Shown here: piece by piece, positions 40,048 through 50,889 of the stretch
Numbering within the stretch: position 1 is the first letter of the stretch
How the letters are laid out: each line of letters starts with the position of its first letter
Origin: Kiritimatiellia bacterium
GTDB lineage: Bacteria; Verrucomicrobiota; Kiritimatiellia; RFP12; JBMNHG01
Direction: 5' to 3'
DNA: 64,000 nucleotides
Assembly (NCBI GenBank): GCA_050950285.1
Contig: JBMNHG010000008.1
Span: 62,001-126,000, forward strand
Made by a program: the position numbers and the translations under genes
Notes under the pieces: model-generated
The model's database searches: none
Told to the model about the DNA's origin: nothing
Seen by the model: the letters and a program-made list of their open reading frames with translations, nothing else

Positions 40048-41396
40048 CAGGCATCCACCTCACTCTCTTCCGTGGAAAGACAGGGTTTAGCCAAAGCACT
40101 CCCCAATAGAATTCGCGGAATTCCTCCCATGCGTCCCTGGAGATAGCTCTTGCGGATATCCTTGTCATACCGGATATCCTTGTACTCGCTAAAGGATGTC
40201 AGGCTCGAAGCCCCAGTGGCGTCTCTTTCAACCACCCACATCTCGTCACGCCGCAAAAGTTGCTGATCCATGAGCAGCACGTCATGGGTGGTCAGCATTA
40301 ACTGAGTCCTGGTTTCCGTGGAACAACTGGCTAGGTAAGCTTCGAGCAACCAGCGAGTCAGCAACGTGTGCAGGCTGCGGTCAATCTCGTCGATCACATA
40401 GACCTTCTTCGACCTCCGCGCCATAAGATCAATAAATGCGGGCAGCAGATCAACAACCCGCTGCGAGCCGTCAGACTCCTGCCAGATATCAAACCGGATC
40501 TCCTCGCCGTCCGTGTTCTGATGATAGGCCACCAGTTTGTTTGCCACCAGTTCGCCATTTTTGCGGGTAACCACGAACTGTTCGTTTGTAAAGCCGTTCC
40601 GCAGACGAATGGATTCGCCCTCCTTCACGTCTTCCTGCAACTTGTTCTTCAAAGACACGGGCAGCGGAATGTTCTCTAGAGGGCTATCCTCGCTGCCTAG
40701 GCGTGTAACACCAATATCAAGTTGCGACAGCATCTTGTTCATGGCCGAATAGAGCGGATGGCCCTCATCAAGGAACTGCTCGATAGGTCCGAAACGGGAG
40801 TCCGGAGCGACCATCTCAAGCGTGTCCTCAAACCAGTCGTAGACCTGCCGGAAGGTATCGACTTTCTGGGAAACCGAGTTGGTCAGATAGAGCTGGTTGT
40901 CCCGGGTCCCTTGAAAGGCGAAGAGGAGAAACTGTTTGTCCGGCAAAGAATCATCAAAGTCGATCTTCCCGTCTCGCCGGCGGTAGAGCACCTTCTCGCT
41001 AGCGCTGGAGATGAGCACCAGTTTCTCTTCAACAACCGCCTTGCGGGTCACCGCGAAGCTGAACTCGTACAGGGTCTCGTCGATCAGCAGCACGAAATCA
41101 AAGCGTGACGGCCGGTCGGCCATCTTGGCATCCAGCCGGAACGGCTCGACAAGAATCAGCCTGTCGGGCCGGGTGCCATCGACGACCAGGTCTCTGGCAA
41201 AACTCAGCGCCTTGAATAAATTGGTTTTCCCCGATGCGTTGCCGCCATAAATTGCGGCAACGGGAAGTACCCGCGTCGAGTACTTGCCCAGTTTGGGAAC
41301 CCTGTCTCCATGCTGTCGCTCCCGGCTGGCAATCATCGAGAATGCCACCCTTTCGCGGAAGGACATCCAGTTTTCGAGCGAGAAGCTGACGAGCAT
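40047..41396 (-). CDS. RloA-like / AAA_21 (AbiEii-type) ATPase
   Basis: [46 protein letters not shown]; stop overlaps rloB start. Confidence 0.88.
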   Translation of the reverse strand: MLVSFSLENWMSFRERVAFSMIASRERQHGDRVPKLGKYSTRVLPVAAIYGGNASGKTNLFKALSFARDLVVDGTRPDRLILVEPFRLDAKMADRPSRFDFVLLIDETLYEFSFAVTRKAVVEEKLVLISSASEKVLYRRRDGKIDFDDSLPDKQFLLFAFQGTRDNQLYLTNSVSQKVDTFRQVYDWFEDTLEMVAPDSRFGPIEQFLDEGHPLYSAMNKMLSQLDIGVTRLGSEDSPLENIPLPVSLKNKLQEDVKEGESIRLRNGFTNEQFVVTRKNGELVANKLVAYHQNTDGEEIRFDIWQESDGSQRVVDLLPAFIDLMARRSKKVYVIDEIDRSLHTLLTRWLLEAYLASCSTETRTQLMLTTHDVLLMDQQLLRRDEMWVVERDATGASSLTSFSEYKDIRYDKDIRKSYLQGRMGGIPRILLGSALAKPCLSTEESEVDA

Positions 41397-41409
41397 CTTG
41401 TTGTCTCCA

Positions 41410-41468
41410 AAAGCGAAATATTCGCTTTATCATGCCGTCATTTTAGTTGTATGCGTTCCAAAAGTCAA
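41410..41468 (-). promoter_or_regulatory. Promoter and palindromic operator of the RloA/RloB pair
   Basis: TTGACT-17bp-TAAAAT (41468-41440); AAAGCGAA-ata-TTCGCTTT at 41410-41428. Confidence 0.6.
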
Positions 41469-41712
41469 CCCTAACGAGAAAAAACCTCATTAAGGAGATG
41501 TCCGAAATGTTGGCTAAAACCTTCGCGTCCTTCGCGTCTTACCTTTGCGCGAGAAGAAAAGAATGCAACACGATTTGTGGCCGGGCTAGCAGCAGCTGCA
41601 GGGGACGTTGCCGCTTCCTTGACGTTCCCCTGTCCCATGCGGTATCGTTTCCATGCAGTCCATCGTGGGGCCGCATGGTACGGATCCCTGGGATTGTCCA
41701 AGGAGGAAGCGC

Positions 41713-44700
41713 ATGAACCGTTGCATGAAGTCGATCGCGGCATCGTTGGCCGTTGTCCTGGCGTTGGGGCTCGCACACGCCGCCGAGCTTCCCGTCACCG
41801 CCGGTTTGATGACCCATCTGGACGCTTCGGCGCTCGCCGGGTATTCGGACGGGGATATCGTCACCCTGTGGCCCGACTCCTCCGCGGCGGGCCGCGACGC
41901 CACCGCCGCCGAATCCATCGCCCCCGCCTACCACGCCAACGCCGTGAACGGCCGCCCCACGCTCGCCTTCGGCGGCGCGGCGTCCATGTCGGTGGCCAAC
42001 ATGTTCCCTCCGGGCGACCTGACCCTCTTCGTCGTGGCGAAAGGCCAGAATTACCACTCGCTCCTCCGCTGGGAGGACGGAGGCGGCGCCTTCTTCTACG
42101 GATGGAACAACTGGTGCGTCTGCTCCGAGGCGAACGGCTTTGTCTACACCAACAACATCGACTTCGGCATGGTCGCGAACGAATGGAACATCAGCGCCGG
42201 ACTCTTCGACATCGGCGAGGCCGACGGCGTGCGCGTCTACCGCAACAACGTCCTCCAAGGCGCGGTCACCTGGATGAACCCGCTTACCGCGAGCAAGTCC
42301 ACGATGTGGATCGCCAGCGCGGGTGGCTCCTCTGAATTCGGTACTTGCGACATTGCGGAAATCCTCGTCTACGGGCGTGCGCTTTCGGACACGGAACACC
42401 TCCTCGTGGGTTCCTACCTCGTGAACAAGTATGGCTTTGCGGGCGGCTATCCCCCGATGGTCCTCGCCAACCCCGTGACCCGGAATCCCGCCTTCACGGG
42501 CACGAACGAACTCGTCGTCCTCTCCCTGCCGGACATCGCGGAAGGCGCGGAGTACCAGTTCACCGCGACTCCCGCCACCGAACCCGCCGCGGGCGCGTGG
42601 GCCGCCTACCGTTCCGCCAGCCCGCCGGAGACCGCGACGCTCCCCGTCCCGGCCGCCGGCGGCGAATGGACGGTCACCCTCTGGGTCCGCACCTGGGACG
42701 CGGGCGTCGCAACCACGAACTCCTTCGACCACACGATGGACTACGACCTGGTCGGCCCCACCCTCCTCGCGCGCGACCGCACGCTCGTCGTGAACCGCTT
42801 CGTGGGCCGCGACATCACGGTGGCGGACATCGACGCCGGCACCGTCGACGACGCCTACGGGCTCGCCTCGCTCGCCATCTCGCCTTCGCATGTCGGCCTC
42901 GGCGAAACCGAGGTCACCCTCACCGCCGTGAACAACGCCGGCGCCGTTGCCTCCGCGACCGTCACGGTCACCGGTGTCGCGGGAACGGTTCTCGACCCCT
43001 TTGCGCTTCCCGTTACCCGGAACCTCCGCCTGCATCTCGATGCATCCGCCCTCTCCGGCTATGCGGAGGGCGACGCCGTGCTCGAATGGCCCGATCGCTC
43101 GCCCGGCGGCCGCGACGCCCTCGCGCCGGGCGAGGCGCAAGCCCCCGTCTACCACGCCTCCGCGGCGAACGGACGCCCCGCCCTCTACTTCGGCGGCAAC
43201 CACACGCTCTACGTGGACGACATGCTGCCCGGCAACGAACTCACCCTCTTCGTCGTCGCCAAGGGCCAGAACTACCAGTCGCTGCTTCGCTGGCAATACC
43301 AGGGCAGCGCGTTCTTCTTCGGCCACGCCGGGAACAACGTCTCGTCCGAAGGCCCCGGGAACGGCTTCATGGGCGACGGGCTGCTGACCCTCGGCCTCGT
43401 CGCCAACCAATGGAACATCAGCGCCGGCATCTTCGAGGTTGGCGCGACCGACGGCGTCGAAGTCTTCCACGACAACGTCTCCCGCGGCACGAAGACCTGG
43501 CCCGGCGCCCTCACCACGACCCGGCGCCTCTACATCGCCAGTTCCGCCGCCGCCAGCGAATTCGCCACTTGCGAGATTCCCGAGATCATCGTCTACGACC
43601 GTGCGCTGACGGCCTTCGAGCACGCGCAAGTGGGCGCCTACCTGCAGCAGAAGTACGGCCATGCGGACGGCGGCTATTCCCCGCTGAGCCTCGCCCATCC
43701 GATCACCGGGAGCACCCGGTACACCTGCACGAACGAACTGGCCGTGCTGGCCTTCCCGGCGATGGAGTCCGGCGTGGAATACCAGCTCACCGCCTCCACC
43801 GACGCCGCGAGCCTCGATCCCGCCGCGTGGGCCGTCTTCGATCCCTCCGCGCCGCCCGCGAGGCTCTTCTTCCCGGCCCCCGCCGCCGACGGCGGCCTCA
43901 CGCTTGTCCTCTGGACCCGCTCCATGGCCCTCGGCGCCGCCACCACCAACACCTTCACGCAGGCGATCACCTACTCCACCGCCGCCCCCACCGCGCTGGC
44001 CCAGGCCATCACGATGGCGATCGACCAGACCTCCGGAACCGTCGTCCCCGCCGCTCTGCTCGACGCCGGATCCTACGACAACGTCTCCGGACTCCACTCG
44101 CTCTCCGCCGACCCTCCAATCGTCACCGGCGGCGGCGCGGTGGATCTCGTCGCGATGAACCAGGCGGGCGTCACCGCGCGCGCCTCCACGACCATCACGT
44201 GCGTTGCGGCGCTCGACGCCCACGTCGCGCCCGCGGGCGACGACCAGGACGGGACCGGCACCGCCGCCTCCCCCTGGCGCACCATCACCCGCGCCCTCGC
44301 CGCGCTGGACGGGAACGGCGTGGTCTACGCCGCCCCGGGCACCTACGACGCCGCCGCCGGCGAGGTCTTCCCGATCGTGATCGGCCACGACGCGCGGATC
44401 GCCGCCGAACCGGACGGCGCCACCGCCCCCGTCCTCGACGGAGGGAACGCCGTCGCGCACCTCTTCTCCGTCACCAACGGCACGCTCCGCCTCGAAGGGC
44501 TGACCCTGCGCGAAACCACCGACGCCGCCATCCGGGCCGACGCCGCCTCCGTCTCCGCGAAGGACTGCCTCTTCACGCAGACGGCGTCGAACCACGACAC
44601 CGTCGGCGACTGGCGTTTCGGGTACTACGGCGCGGCCGACTTCCGGAACGGCTGCACCGCCTCGTTCGACGGCTGCACCTTCCGCGGGATCGCGCGCTAC

Positions 44701-47466
44701 GCCGTCCTGCACGGGACCTCCGGCACCACGGACCTCGCGCTTCGCGGATGCCTCTTCGAGGACAACAACGCCCGCGGCGGCATGCTCGCCGCCATCGCGG
44801 CGGTCTTGGACATCACGATGGAAGAATGCGACTTCGTCGGCAACGCCACCGCCTTCACCGGCGGCCTCAGCGAGTGTTCCTATTGCTCGATCGCCAACCT
44901 CCAGGGCGGCGGCAGGCTGCTGGCCAACCGCTGCCGCTTCCTCGGCAACGCCGGCGCGAACCTGTTCGGCTTCGCCGACTCGACCGACGCGATCTACCAT
45001 TCGCTTTTCGCCGGGAACACCCCCGTCTCCGGGCTCTTCCAGGGACGCAACGCCACGCTCTCGGTCTACAACTCGACCTTCGTGGACAACTCGGGCGGCT
45101 ACTCGAGCAACAGGCTCGCCACGAAGCTCTACCAGTGCATCCTCTCCGGCGAAACCGCGATGAACGTGACGAACGGCGGAACCCTCGACCGCAGCAATCC
45201 CGCCGGCACCATCCTCCACGACACCATCCTCTGGAACTGCGGGGAAGGCGACGGCTGGGGCCAGGCCGCCAGCGTGAACGTCATCCGCCTGGACCCGCAA
45301 CTCGGGAACACGGCCGTCGCCGCCACCGATGCCGCCTTCGACGCGCGCCCGCGCCCCTACAGCCCCGCCATCGACGCCGGCGACAACGACCGCGCCCGCA
45401 CCGACCGCTACACGCTCGACCTGGACGGCAACGCCCGCGTCGCGGACAACAACGCCGACGGCGTCGCGACCATCGACCTCGGCGCCTACGAATCGCTCTT
45501 CGGCGCCTCCGTCGAGCCGGCCTTCGAGATCCCCGCCCCCGGATCCGTCTCCGGCCTCTACGGCTCCTCCGCCACGATCCCGGTGGGCGTGTGGCCGCCC
45601 CCCGGCGGCCCCGTCGCCGCCGCCATCTCCTACCCCGCCGGCATCACGGGGCCCGCCACCCTCGCGATCGCGGACGGCATGGGCCCCGTCGACCTCGTGG
45701 TGGACATCGCCGGCGACATGACGAACGAGACCGCCCGCCTCGTGATCTCCGATGCCGCCTCGCCCGCCGCCGTGAAGCCCATCGCCGTGGACTTCTTCCT
45801 TTCCGACGCGCGCGTCAACGCCGGCCACGCCCCGCTCCGCTACGTCCGCGAAGGCGAAGTCATCCGAATCCCGGTCTCCCTCGAACTCGCCACCGCCACG
45901 GCCCCCGTCGCCGTCGAGGTCGCCGTGCGGTCCGTCGCCGGCGAAGGATCGAACGCCATCGCCTGGGAGGGCGGCGCCACCATCCCCGCAGGCGGCAACG
46001 CCACGGACGGCGCGCTCGTCGTGGCCGGCGCTTCGGGCGTCAACGTCGCGACCCTTTCCGTCGGCGGCGGCTACTTCTTCGCCGAGACCGGCGAGGAGAC
46101 GATCGAACTCGCCTTCGCCGGGTATCCGGGATGGATGGCCGTCGATCCCGCGGACGGCGACGACGCGCTCCTCGTCGGCACGCTCGAGAACCCGATGCGG
46201 AGCGTCGTCCGCGCCCTCTCCGTCCTGCGGGACGGCGACACCGTGCGCCTCCTCCCCGGCACCTACACCGCGGCCACCGAAACCTTCCCCTGGACCCCCG
46301 GCAACGTCGCGCTCGTCGGCTACAACCCCGAAGGCGAGGCCAACCCCTCGGACCACGTCGTGGACGGCGCGAACACCGCCGCAACGCTCGTCTTCGTCGA
46401 CGGCATCGCCGGCCCGGCCACCAACGCCGTGATCGGGAACCTCGCCTTCCGCGAGACGACGGCCGCGCCCGTCGACGCCGCGGCGGCGACGCTCCTCGTG
46501 CGGAACGCGCTCTTCACGCAGTCGGTCACCAACACCGCCGCCACGGGAGGCATCTCGCTGCACGACAACGCGCGGGTGACCGCCGAATCGTGCGTCTTCC
46601 GCGGGATCGGGCGCATCGCGACGGTCTTCGAGTCCGCCGGCACGCTGAACGACGACAACCGCTTCACCGGCTCCAACTGCGTCTTCGAGGCGAACTACAG
46701 CGGCTATGGGACGCTCTCCTGCGCGACGTCGGTGCCCGGCCATTACACCCTCGTCGGCTGCGACTTCCTGGGGAATGCGACGCCCGCCGGCCCGCGCTAC
46801 TACGAAGTCTTCCCGGACACCGGCGTGCAGGTCTACGCCGGCGGCTCGTTCACGGTGGAGCGCTGCCGCTTCCTCGGCGGCCGGGGCGGCGCGGTGCTCG
46901 GCTCCGCCTACGCGTGGAACACGGTGCGCGACTGCCTCTTCGCGGGGAACACCTGCTCGGCGGGCATGTTCCAGGGCGTCGGCTGGGGCATGAACTGCTA
47001 CAACTGCACCTTCGTCGGCAACACCGGCGGCTACAACAGCGGCCTCCTGCAGGCCCACTTCTACAACTCCGTCTTCTGCGGCGACGGCGCGCTGAGCGTC
47101 ATGCCGCCGGACGAGTGGATGTCCGACTGGGCGATGAGTTTCACGGACACCCTCCTCTGGGACACGCCCGAAGGCCGCACGGAGGGCGACAAGACCTACA
47201 CGGACGTCCTCCGCGTGGATCCGCGCCTGAAGAACGCCTCGGTGCCGTGGGACCATCCCGCCTTCGACGCGCGCCCGCGCGGCAACAGCCCCGCCATCGA
47301 CGCCGGCGCCAACGAGAACGTCGCGACGGCGCTCGACCTCGACGGCGCCGCCCGCCTCAAGCACGGCACCCTCCGCGCCGCGAAACAGGGCGGCACGCCG
47401 CTCGTCGACCTCGGCTGCTACGAGATGGACGCCATCGACTTCGGCGCCGTCCTGATGCTTCGATAG
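41713..47466 (+). CDS. Very large exported protein: two LamG-like modules, Ig-like spacers, two DUF1565/beta-helix (choice-of-anchor-Q-like) modules
   Basis: Signal peptide; duplicated LPVT..HLDASAL..EI.VY.RAL; SPWRTITRAL/NPMRSVVRAL; SPAIDAG..DLDG..DLG.YE twice; AGGAGG upstream. Confidence 0.8.
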   Translation: MNRCMKSIAASLAVVLALGLAHAAELPVTAGLMTHLDASALAGYSDGDIVTLWPDSSAAGRDATAAESIAPAYHANAVNGRPTLAFGGAASMSVANMFPPGDLTLFVVAKGQNYHSLLRWEDGGGAFFYGWNNWCVCSEANGFVYTNNIDFGMVANEWNISAGLFDIGEADGVRVYRNNVLQGAVTWMNPLTASKSTMWIASAGGSSEFGTCDIAEILVYGRALSDTEHLLVGSYLVNKYGFAGGYPPMVLANPVTRNPAFTGTNELVVLSLPDIAEGAEYQFTATPATEPAAGAWAAYRSASPPETATLPVPAAGGEWTVTLWVRTWDAGVATTNSFDHTMDYDLVGPTLLARDRTLVVNRFVGRDITVADIDAGTVDDAYGLASLAISPSHVGLGETEVTLTAVNNAGAVASATVTVTGVAGTVLDPFALPVTRNLRLHLDASALSGYAEGDAVLEWPDRSPGGRDALAPGEAQAPVYHASAANGRPALYFGGNHTLYVDDMLPGNELTLFVVAKGQNYQSLLRWQYQGSAFFFGHAGNNVSSEGPGNGFMGDGLLTLGLVANQWNISAGIFEVGATDGVEVFHDNVSRGTKTWPGALTTTRRLYIASSAAASEFATCEIPEIIVYDRALTAFEHAQVGAYLQQKYGHADGGYSPLSLAHPITGSTRYTCTNELAVLAFPAMESGVEYQLTASTDAASLDPAAWAVFDPSAPPARLFFPAPAADGGLTLVLWTRSMALGAATTNTFTQAITYSTAAPTALAQAITMAIDQTSGTVVPAALLDAGSYDNVSGLHSLSADPPIVTGGGAVDLVAMNQAGVTARASTTITCVAALDAHVAPAGDDQDGTGTAASPWRTITRALAALDGNGVVYAAPGTYDAAAGEVFPIVIGHDARIAAEPDGATAPVLDGGNAVAHLFSVTNGTLRLEGLTLRETTDAAIRADAASVSAKDCLFTQTASNHDTVGDWRFGYYGAADFRNGCTASFDGCTFRGIARYAVLHGTSGTTDLALRGCLFEDNNARGGMLAAIAAVLDITMEECDFVGNATAFTGGLSECSYCSIANLQGGGRLLANRCRFLGNAGANLFGFADSTDAIYHSLFAGNTPVSGLFQGRNATLSVYNSTFVDNSGGYSSNRLATKLYQCILSGETAMNVTNGGTLDRSNPAGTILHDTILWNCGEGDGWGQAASVNVIRLDPQLGNTAVAATDAAFDARPRPYSPAIDAGDNDRARTDRYTLDLDGNARVADNNADGVATIDLGAYESLFGASVEPAFEIPAPGSVSGLYGSSATIPVGVWPPPGGPVAAAISYPAGITGPATLAIADGMGPVDLVVDIAGDMTNETARLVISDAASPAAVKPIAVDFFLSDARVNAGHAPLRYVREGEVIRIPVSLELATATAPVAVEVAVRSVAGEGSNAIAWEGGATIPAGGNATDGALVVAGASGVNVATLSVGGGYFFAETGEETIELAFAGYPGWMAVDPADGDDALLVGTLENPMRSVVRALSVLRDGDTVRLLPGTYTAATETFPWTPGNVALVGYNPEGEANPSDHVVDGANTAATLVFVDGIAGPATNAVIGNLAFRETTAAPVDAAAATLLVRNALFTQSVTNTAATGGISLHDNARVTAESCVFRGIGRIATVFESAGTLNDDNRFTGSNCVFEANYSGYGTLSCATSVPGHYTLVGCDFLGNATPAGPRYYEVFPDTGVQVYAGGSFTVERCRFLGGRGGAVLGSAYAWNTVRDCLFAGNTCSAGMFQGVGWGMNCYNCTFVGNTGGYNSGLLQAHFYNSVFCGDGALSVMPPDEWMSDWAMSFTDTLLWDTPEGRTEGDKTYTDVLRVDPRLKNASVPWDHPAFDARPRGNSPAIDAGANENVATALDLDGAARLKHGTLRAAKQGGTPLVDLGCYEMDAIDFGAVLMLR

Positions 47467-47480
47467 CGTTCCGGAAACAC

Positions 47481-47523
47481 GGAAAAACGGCGCGCCGCGA
47501 AAAAAGCGGCGCGCCGTTTTTCC
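47481..47523. terminator. Bidirectional terminator between convergent genes (CGGCGYGCCGC family)
   Basis: GGAAAAACGGCGCGCCGC-gaaaaaa-GCGGCGCGCCGTTTTTCC perfect 18-bp stem. Confidence 0.85.
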
Positions 47524-47568
47524 TTGGCCGGGCGGGGTCGCGGGGGACGCCCGGCCCGGGGCGGAGCG

Positions 47569-49713
47569 CTACATCCCGTCGAGGAAGCGGTCCACCACCA
47601 GCTGGCGGAACTGCGGGGAGAGCGTCGCGAAGTAGGCGGTGAAGCCGGTCACCCGCACCACGAGGTCGGGGTGGGACGCCGGGTTTTCGTTCGCCTCCAT
47701 CAGCGTCTGCCTGTCGAGCACGTTGATGTTCACGAGCGTCCCGCCCAGGTCGAAGTGCGTCCGGATCAACTCCTCGACGCGTTCGATGCCTCCCTCCGAA
47801 GCGGGGATCCGGGGGTCGAATTCGATTTGGAGCGGGCAGGTGTTCCCGTAGCCGCATTGGATGCGGGCGACGCCGGCGGCCAGCGCGGTCGGCGCGCCGT
47901 CCTTGCGGAACCCGGGGTTCGGGTTTGCGCCGTGGGTGACGGGCGTCCCGGCCTTGCGGCCGTCGGGCGTGGCGCCGACGGTGCTTCCGAAACGGATGGT
48001 GCTCGACCAGGAGAACCAGCCCGGCACGAGGGTGACGTGCGGCGGCATCGTGCGGGCCTTCACGCGCTCCGTGTAGAGGCGGGAGACGGCCAGCGCCCAC
48101 TTGTCGCCGCGACCCGACCCCCGGCAGTAGCGGTCCGAAGCCAGCAGCATGCGGCGGACCTTCTCGTCCGGGAAGTCCTCCCGGCACGCCTCGCGGAGTT
48201 CCTTCCAGGTGATTTTCCCCTCGTCCACCACGCGTTGCTCGATGGCGGCGAAGGAGTCGGCGATCGTGCCGAGCCCCACGCCGTCCACGCACAGCGTGTG
48301 GAAGTCGGCGCACTGCGAGATGTCGAGGCCGCGTTCGAGGGTGTGGCGGCAGAAGAGGTTCATCACCAGTTCCGGCAGCACCTCGTGCATGTGTTCGAGG
48401 TGGAAGAGCAGCCCCTGCGCGGTGGCCTCGATCGCGATGTCGAGATGCTTCCGGAGGCCGTCGAAGAGCTTGTCGAGCGTGGGCGAGGGGTCGGTGTCGA
48501 CCACTTCCTCGAAGGCGTGCTGGAAGCAGAGGGCGACGTTGATCTTCGGGATGTCGTTCATCGGGTATTCGCGGCCGGGGACGGACATCCAGTGGCAGCC
48601 GGTGGAGATGCGGCGGTTCGCGACGTGCGCATCGATGCCGGGGAGGTCGTTGCGCGCGTAGTTCATGAGGCCCTTGTGGCCGCAGAAGCGCGGCCAGCCG
48701 CGCCGCTCGGTGAAGAGGCATTCGACGGCGAAGCGCAGGAAGGCGGGGTCGATCGCGTCGTGCACGCGGACCGTCAGGTTCACGGCGATGTTCAGCTTGC
48801 GGGCGGCCCGGAGGATGAGCCACGACATCGCGTTCGTCTGGTCGCGGCCGTCGTCGTCGCAGCCGGAGAGCTGGTAGTAGCGGGTGTCGATCAGCAGCAG
48901 GTTCGCGACGAGGAAGGTGGCCTCCTCCTCGGTGAGGATTCCGGCGGCGGTGTCGCGGTCGTAGAAGGGCTGGAGCACGAGGTCGAGGCGGCATCCGGCG
49001 CCGTCGCGGTCGTAGATCCGCGAGCAGAGGCCGAAGTGGGCGAGCCACTGGCAGACCTCGTGGAAGGTGCGCGGAACGCCCTCGACGCAGGCGAGGTTGG
49101 CGGCGCGCATCCGTTCGAGGGTGGCGCGGACCTCCGGTCGGGACTCCGTCGCGAGGCACGCGTCGATGCTGCCGGCGTGGCGCCGGATCCACTTCTGGAT
49201 CGCGAGGACCGTGCGCTCTTCGGCCTCGAAGAAATCGGCCTTGGCGATGCCGTGGACGCGTTTCCAATGGCGGACTTTGTCGAGGATGCCCCCCCATCCC
49301 ATGGAGAGGGCGTACTCGAGGTCGCACGAGAGATGGGCCTCGCCGCCGATGCCGTGGGCGATGTCGTACTTCTGGAAGACGGGGGCGAGCGACTGGTAGG
49401 AGAATCGCTCCGACGGCCAGGGGGAGCGGTAGTTCGTGAGGAAGGTCACGAGGCGCCCGCACAGCATCTCCATGGGGTCGACATAGGCCGGTGTCGCATC
49501 GAGCAGGGCCTCGAAGTTCCGCACCCAGCCGAGGGGCCCGTGGAAGTGGCCGCGGTCGTCCTGCGGAACGACGTGGAAGTTCCAGTCGTCCGGGAACGGG
49601 AGGGAACCGTAGTCGTCGCCGTCCATGTAGCCGTTCCGCCTGCGCTTTTCGAGGGTATGGCGGATCTTGGTTTCCTTGAGCGCGCGATAGCGGTCTTCGA
49701 GGGTGATGGCCAT
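47569..49713 (-). CDS. Glycyl radical enzyme (PFL superfamily), substrate unknown
   Basis: C-terminal HPDLVVRVTGFTAYF, GATPDGRKAG, Cys loop STGCHW. Confidence 0.9.
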   Translation of the reverse strand: MAITLEDRYRALKETKIRHTLEKRRRNGYMDGDDYGSLPFPDDWNFHVVPQDDRGHFHGPLGWVRNFEALLDATPAYVDPMEMLCGRLVTFLTNYRSPWPSERFSYQSLAPVFQKYDIAHGIGGEAHLSCDLEYALSMGWGGILDKVRHWKRVHGIAKADFFEAEERTVLAIQKWIRRHAGSIDACLATESRPEVRATLERMRAANLACVEGVPRTFHEVCQWLAHFGLCSRIYDRDGAGCRLDLVLQPFYDRDTAAGILTEEEATFLVANLLLIDTRYYQLSGCDDDGRDQTNAMSWLILRAARKLNIAVNLTVRVHDAIDPAFLRFAVECLFTERRGWPRFCGHKGLMNYARNDLPGIDAHVANRRISTGCHWMSVPGREYPMNDIPKINVALCFQHAFEEVVDTDPSPTLDKLFDGLRKHLDIAIEATAQGLLFHLEHMHEVLPELVMNLFCRHTLERGLDISQCADFHTLCVDGVGLGTIADSFAAIEQRVVDEGKITWKELREACREDFPDEKVRRMLLASDRYCRGSGRGDKWALAVSRLYTERVKARTMPPHVTLVPGWFSWSSTIRFGSTVGATPDGRKAGTPVTHGANPNPGFRKDGAPTALAAGVARIQCGYGNTCPLQIEFDPRIPASEGGIERVEELIRTHFDLGGTLVNINVLDRQTLMEANENPASHPDLVVRVTGFTAYFATLSPQFRQLVVDRFLDGM

Positions 49714-49735
49714 GGCGGGGTCCGTGCGGGGGGGG

Positions 49736-50776
49736 TTACAGCGGAAGGTCGGGGGTGGCGTCCAGGTCGAAGGCGGCGGGGCCGGCCACGCCGCCGCCGC
49801 GGGCCGCGAGGGCCGCGACCATGGCGGCGTTGTCGCCGCAGTGGCCCGGCTCCGCCAGGAGGAGGCGCACGCCGGCGGCGCGGGCCACGTCGGACAGGCG
49901 TTCGCGCAGGCGGGCGTTGAGGGAGACGCCTCCGCCGGCCGCCAGGGCCTTGTAGCGGCGGAGGCGCAGCGAACGGGCGCACCGGTCCGCCAGGACCTCC
50001 ACGATGGCTTCCTGGTAGGAGGAGGCGATTTCGCACACCTGTTCGTCGCTCTCGGCGGGGTGTTCCTGGAGGTGGCGCAGGAGCGAGGTCTTCAGGCCGC
50101 TGAAGCTCAGGCAGAGTTCGGCGCGCAGGCCGCCCAGCATCCGGTTGCCGGGGGCGATGCGGCCCTTGGGGAAGCGGATGGAATCGCGGCGCGCCGCGCG
50201 GCGCGCCGCGCGGTCGATCGCCGGGCCGCCGGGATAGCCGAGCCCGAGGAGTTTGGCCGCCTTGTCGAAGGCTTCGCCGGCGGCATCGTCCAGCGTCTGG
50301 CCCACGATGCGCGTCCTGCCGTACTCCGGGATGTCCACGAGGCAGGTGTGTCCGCCGGAGCAGACCAGCGCGAGCAGGGGCGTGGCGGCCTCGGGCGCGG
50401 GGGCGTCTTTCGCGAGGAAGACCGAGTGGATGTGCGCGGCGAGATGATTGATGCCGATGAAGGGCACGCCCAGCGAAAGCGCGAGCCCCTTCCCGGCGGA
50501 AAGGCCCACCAGCAGCGAACTGGCGAGACCGGGCCCATAGGTGGCGGCGACCGCCCCGATGCGATCCCAGCCGAGCCCGGATCGCGCGACGGCCTGCCCG
50601 ATCACCCCCGGGATCTTCTCCACGTGCGAGCGCGAGGCGATTTCAGGCACGACGCCGCCGTAGGGCTGGTGCAGGGGCACCTGGCTGTAGACCACGTTCG
50701 ACGCGAGGGTGCGGCCGTCGAGCGCGACCGCCGCCGCCGTCTCGTCACAGGAGGTTTCGATGCCAAGGACAATCAT
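49736..50776 (-). CDS. tsaD: tRNA N6-adenosine threonylcarbamoyltransferase
   Basis: LGIETSCDET, YGGVVPEIASRSH, NHLAAH, SGGHT, DDAAGEAFDK, DNAAM. Confidence 0.96.
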   Translation of the reverse strand: MIVLGIETSCDETAAAVALDGRTLASNVVYSQVPLHQPYGGVVPEIASRSHVEKIPGVIGQAVARSGLGWDRIGAVAATYGPGLASSLLVGLSAGKGLALSLGVPFIGINHLAAHIHSVFLAKDAPAPEAATPLLALVCSGGHTCLVDIPEYGRTRIVGQTLDDAAGEAFDKAAKLLGLGYPGGPAIDRAARRAARRDSIRFPKGRIAPGNRMLGGLRAELCLSFSGLKTSLLRHLQEHPAESDEQVCEIASSYQEAIVEVLADRCARSLRLRRYKALAAGGGVSLNARLRERLSDVARAAGVRLLLAEPGHCGDNAAMVAALAARGGGVAGPAAFDLDATPDLPL

Positions 50777-50889
50777 GATGAGCGAGGGACCATTCCGGTG
50801 TATCATACGCGCCGGATGGCGATGCGGCAAGGCCGGGGTGGTTCGATGGGGGATTGCGATGCGCGCCGTTCCCTTGCTATACTGTTCCC

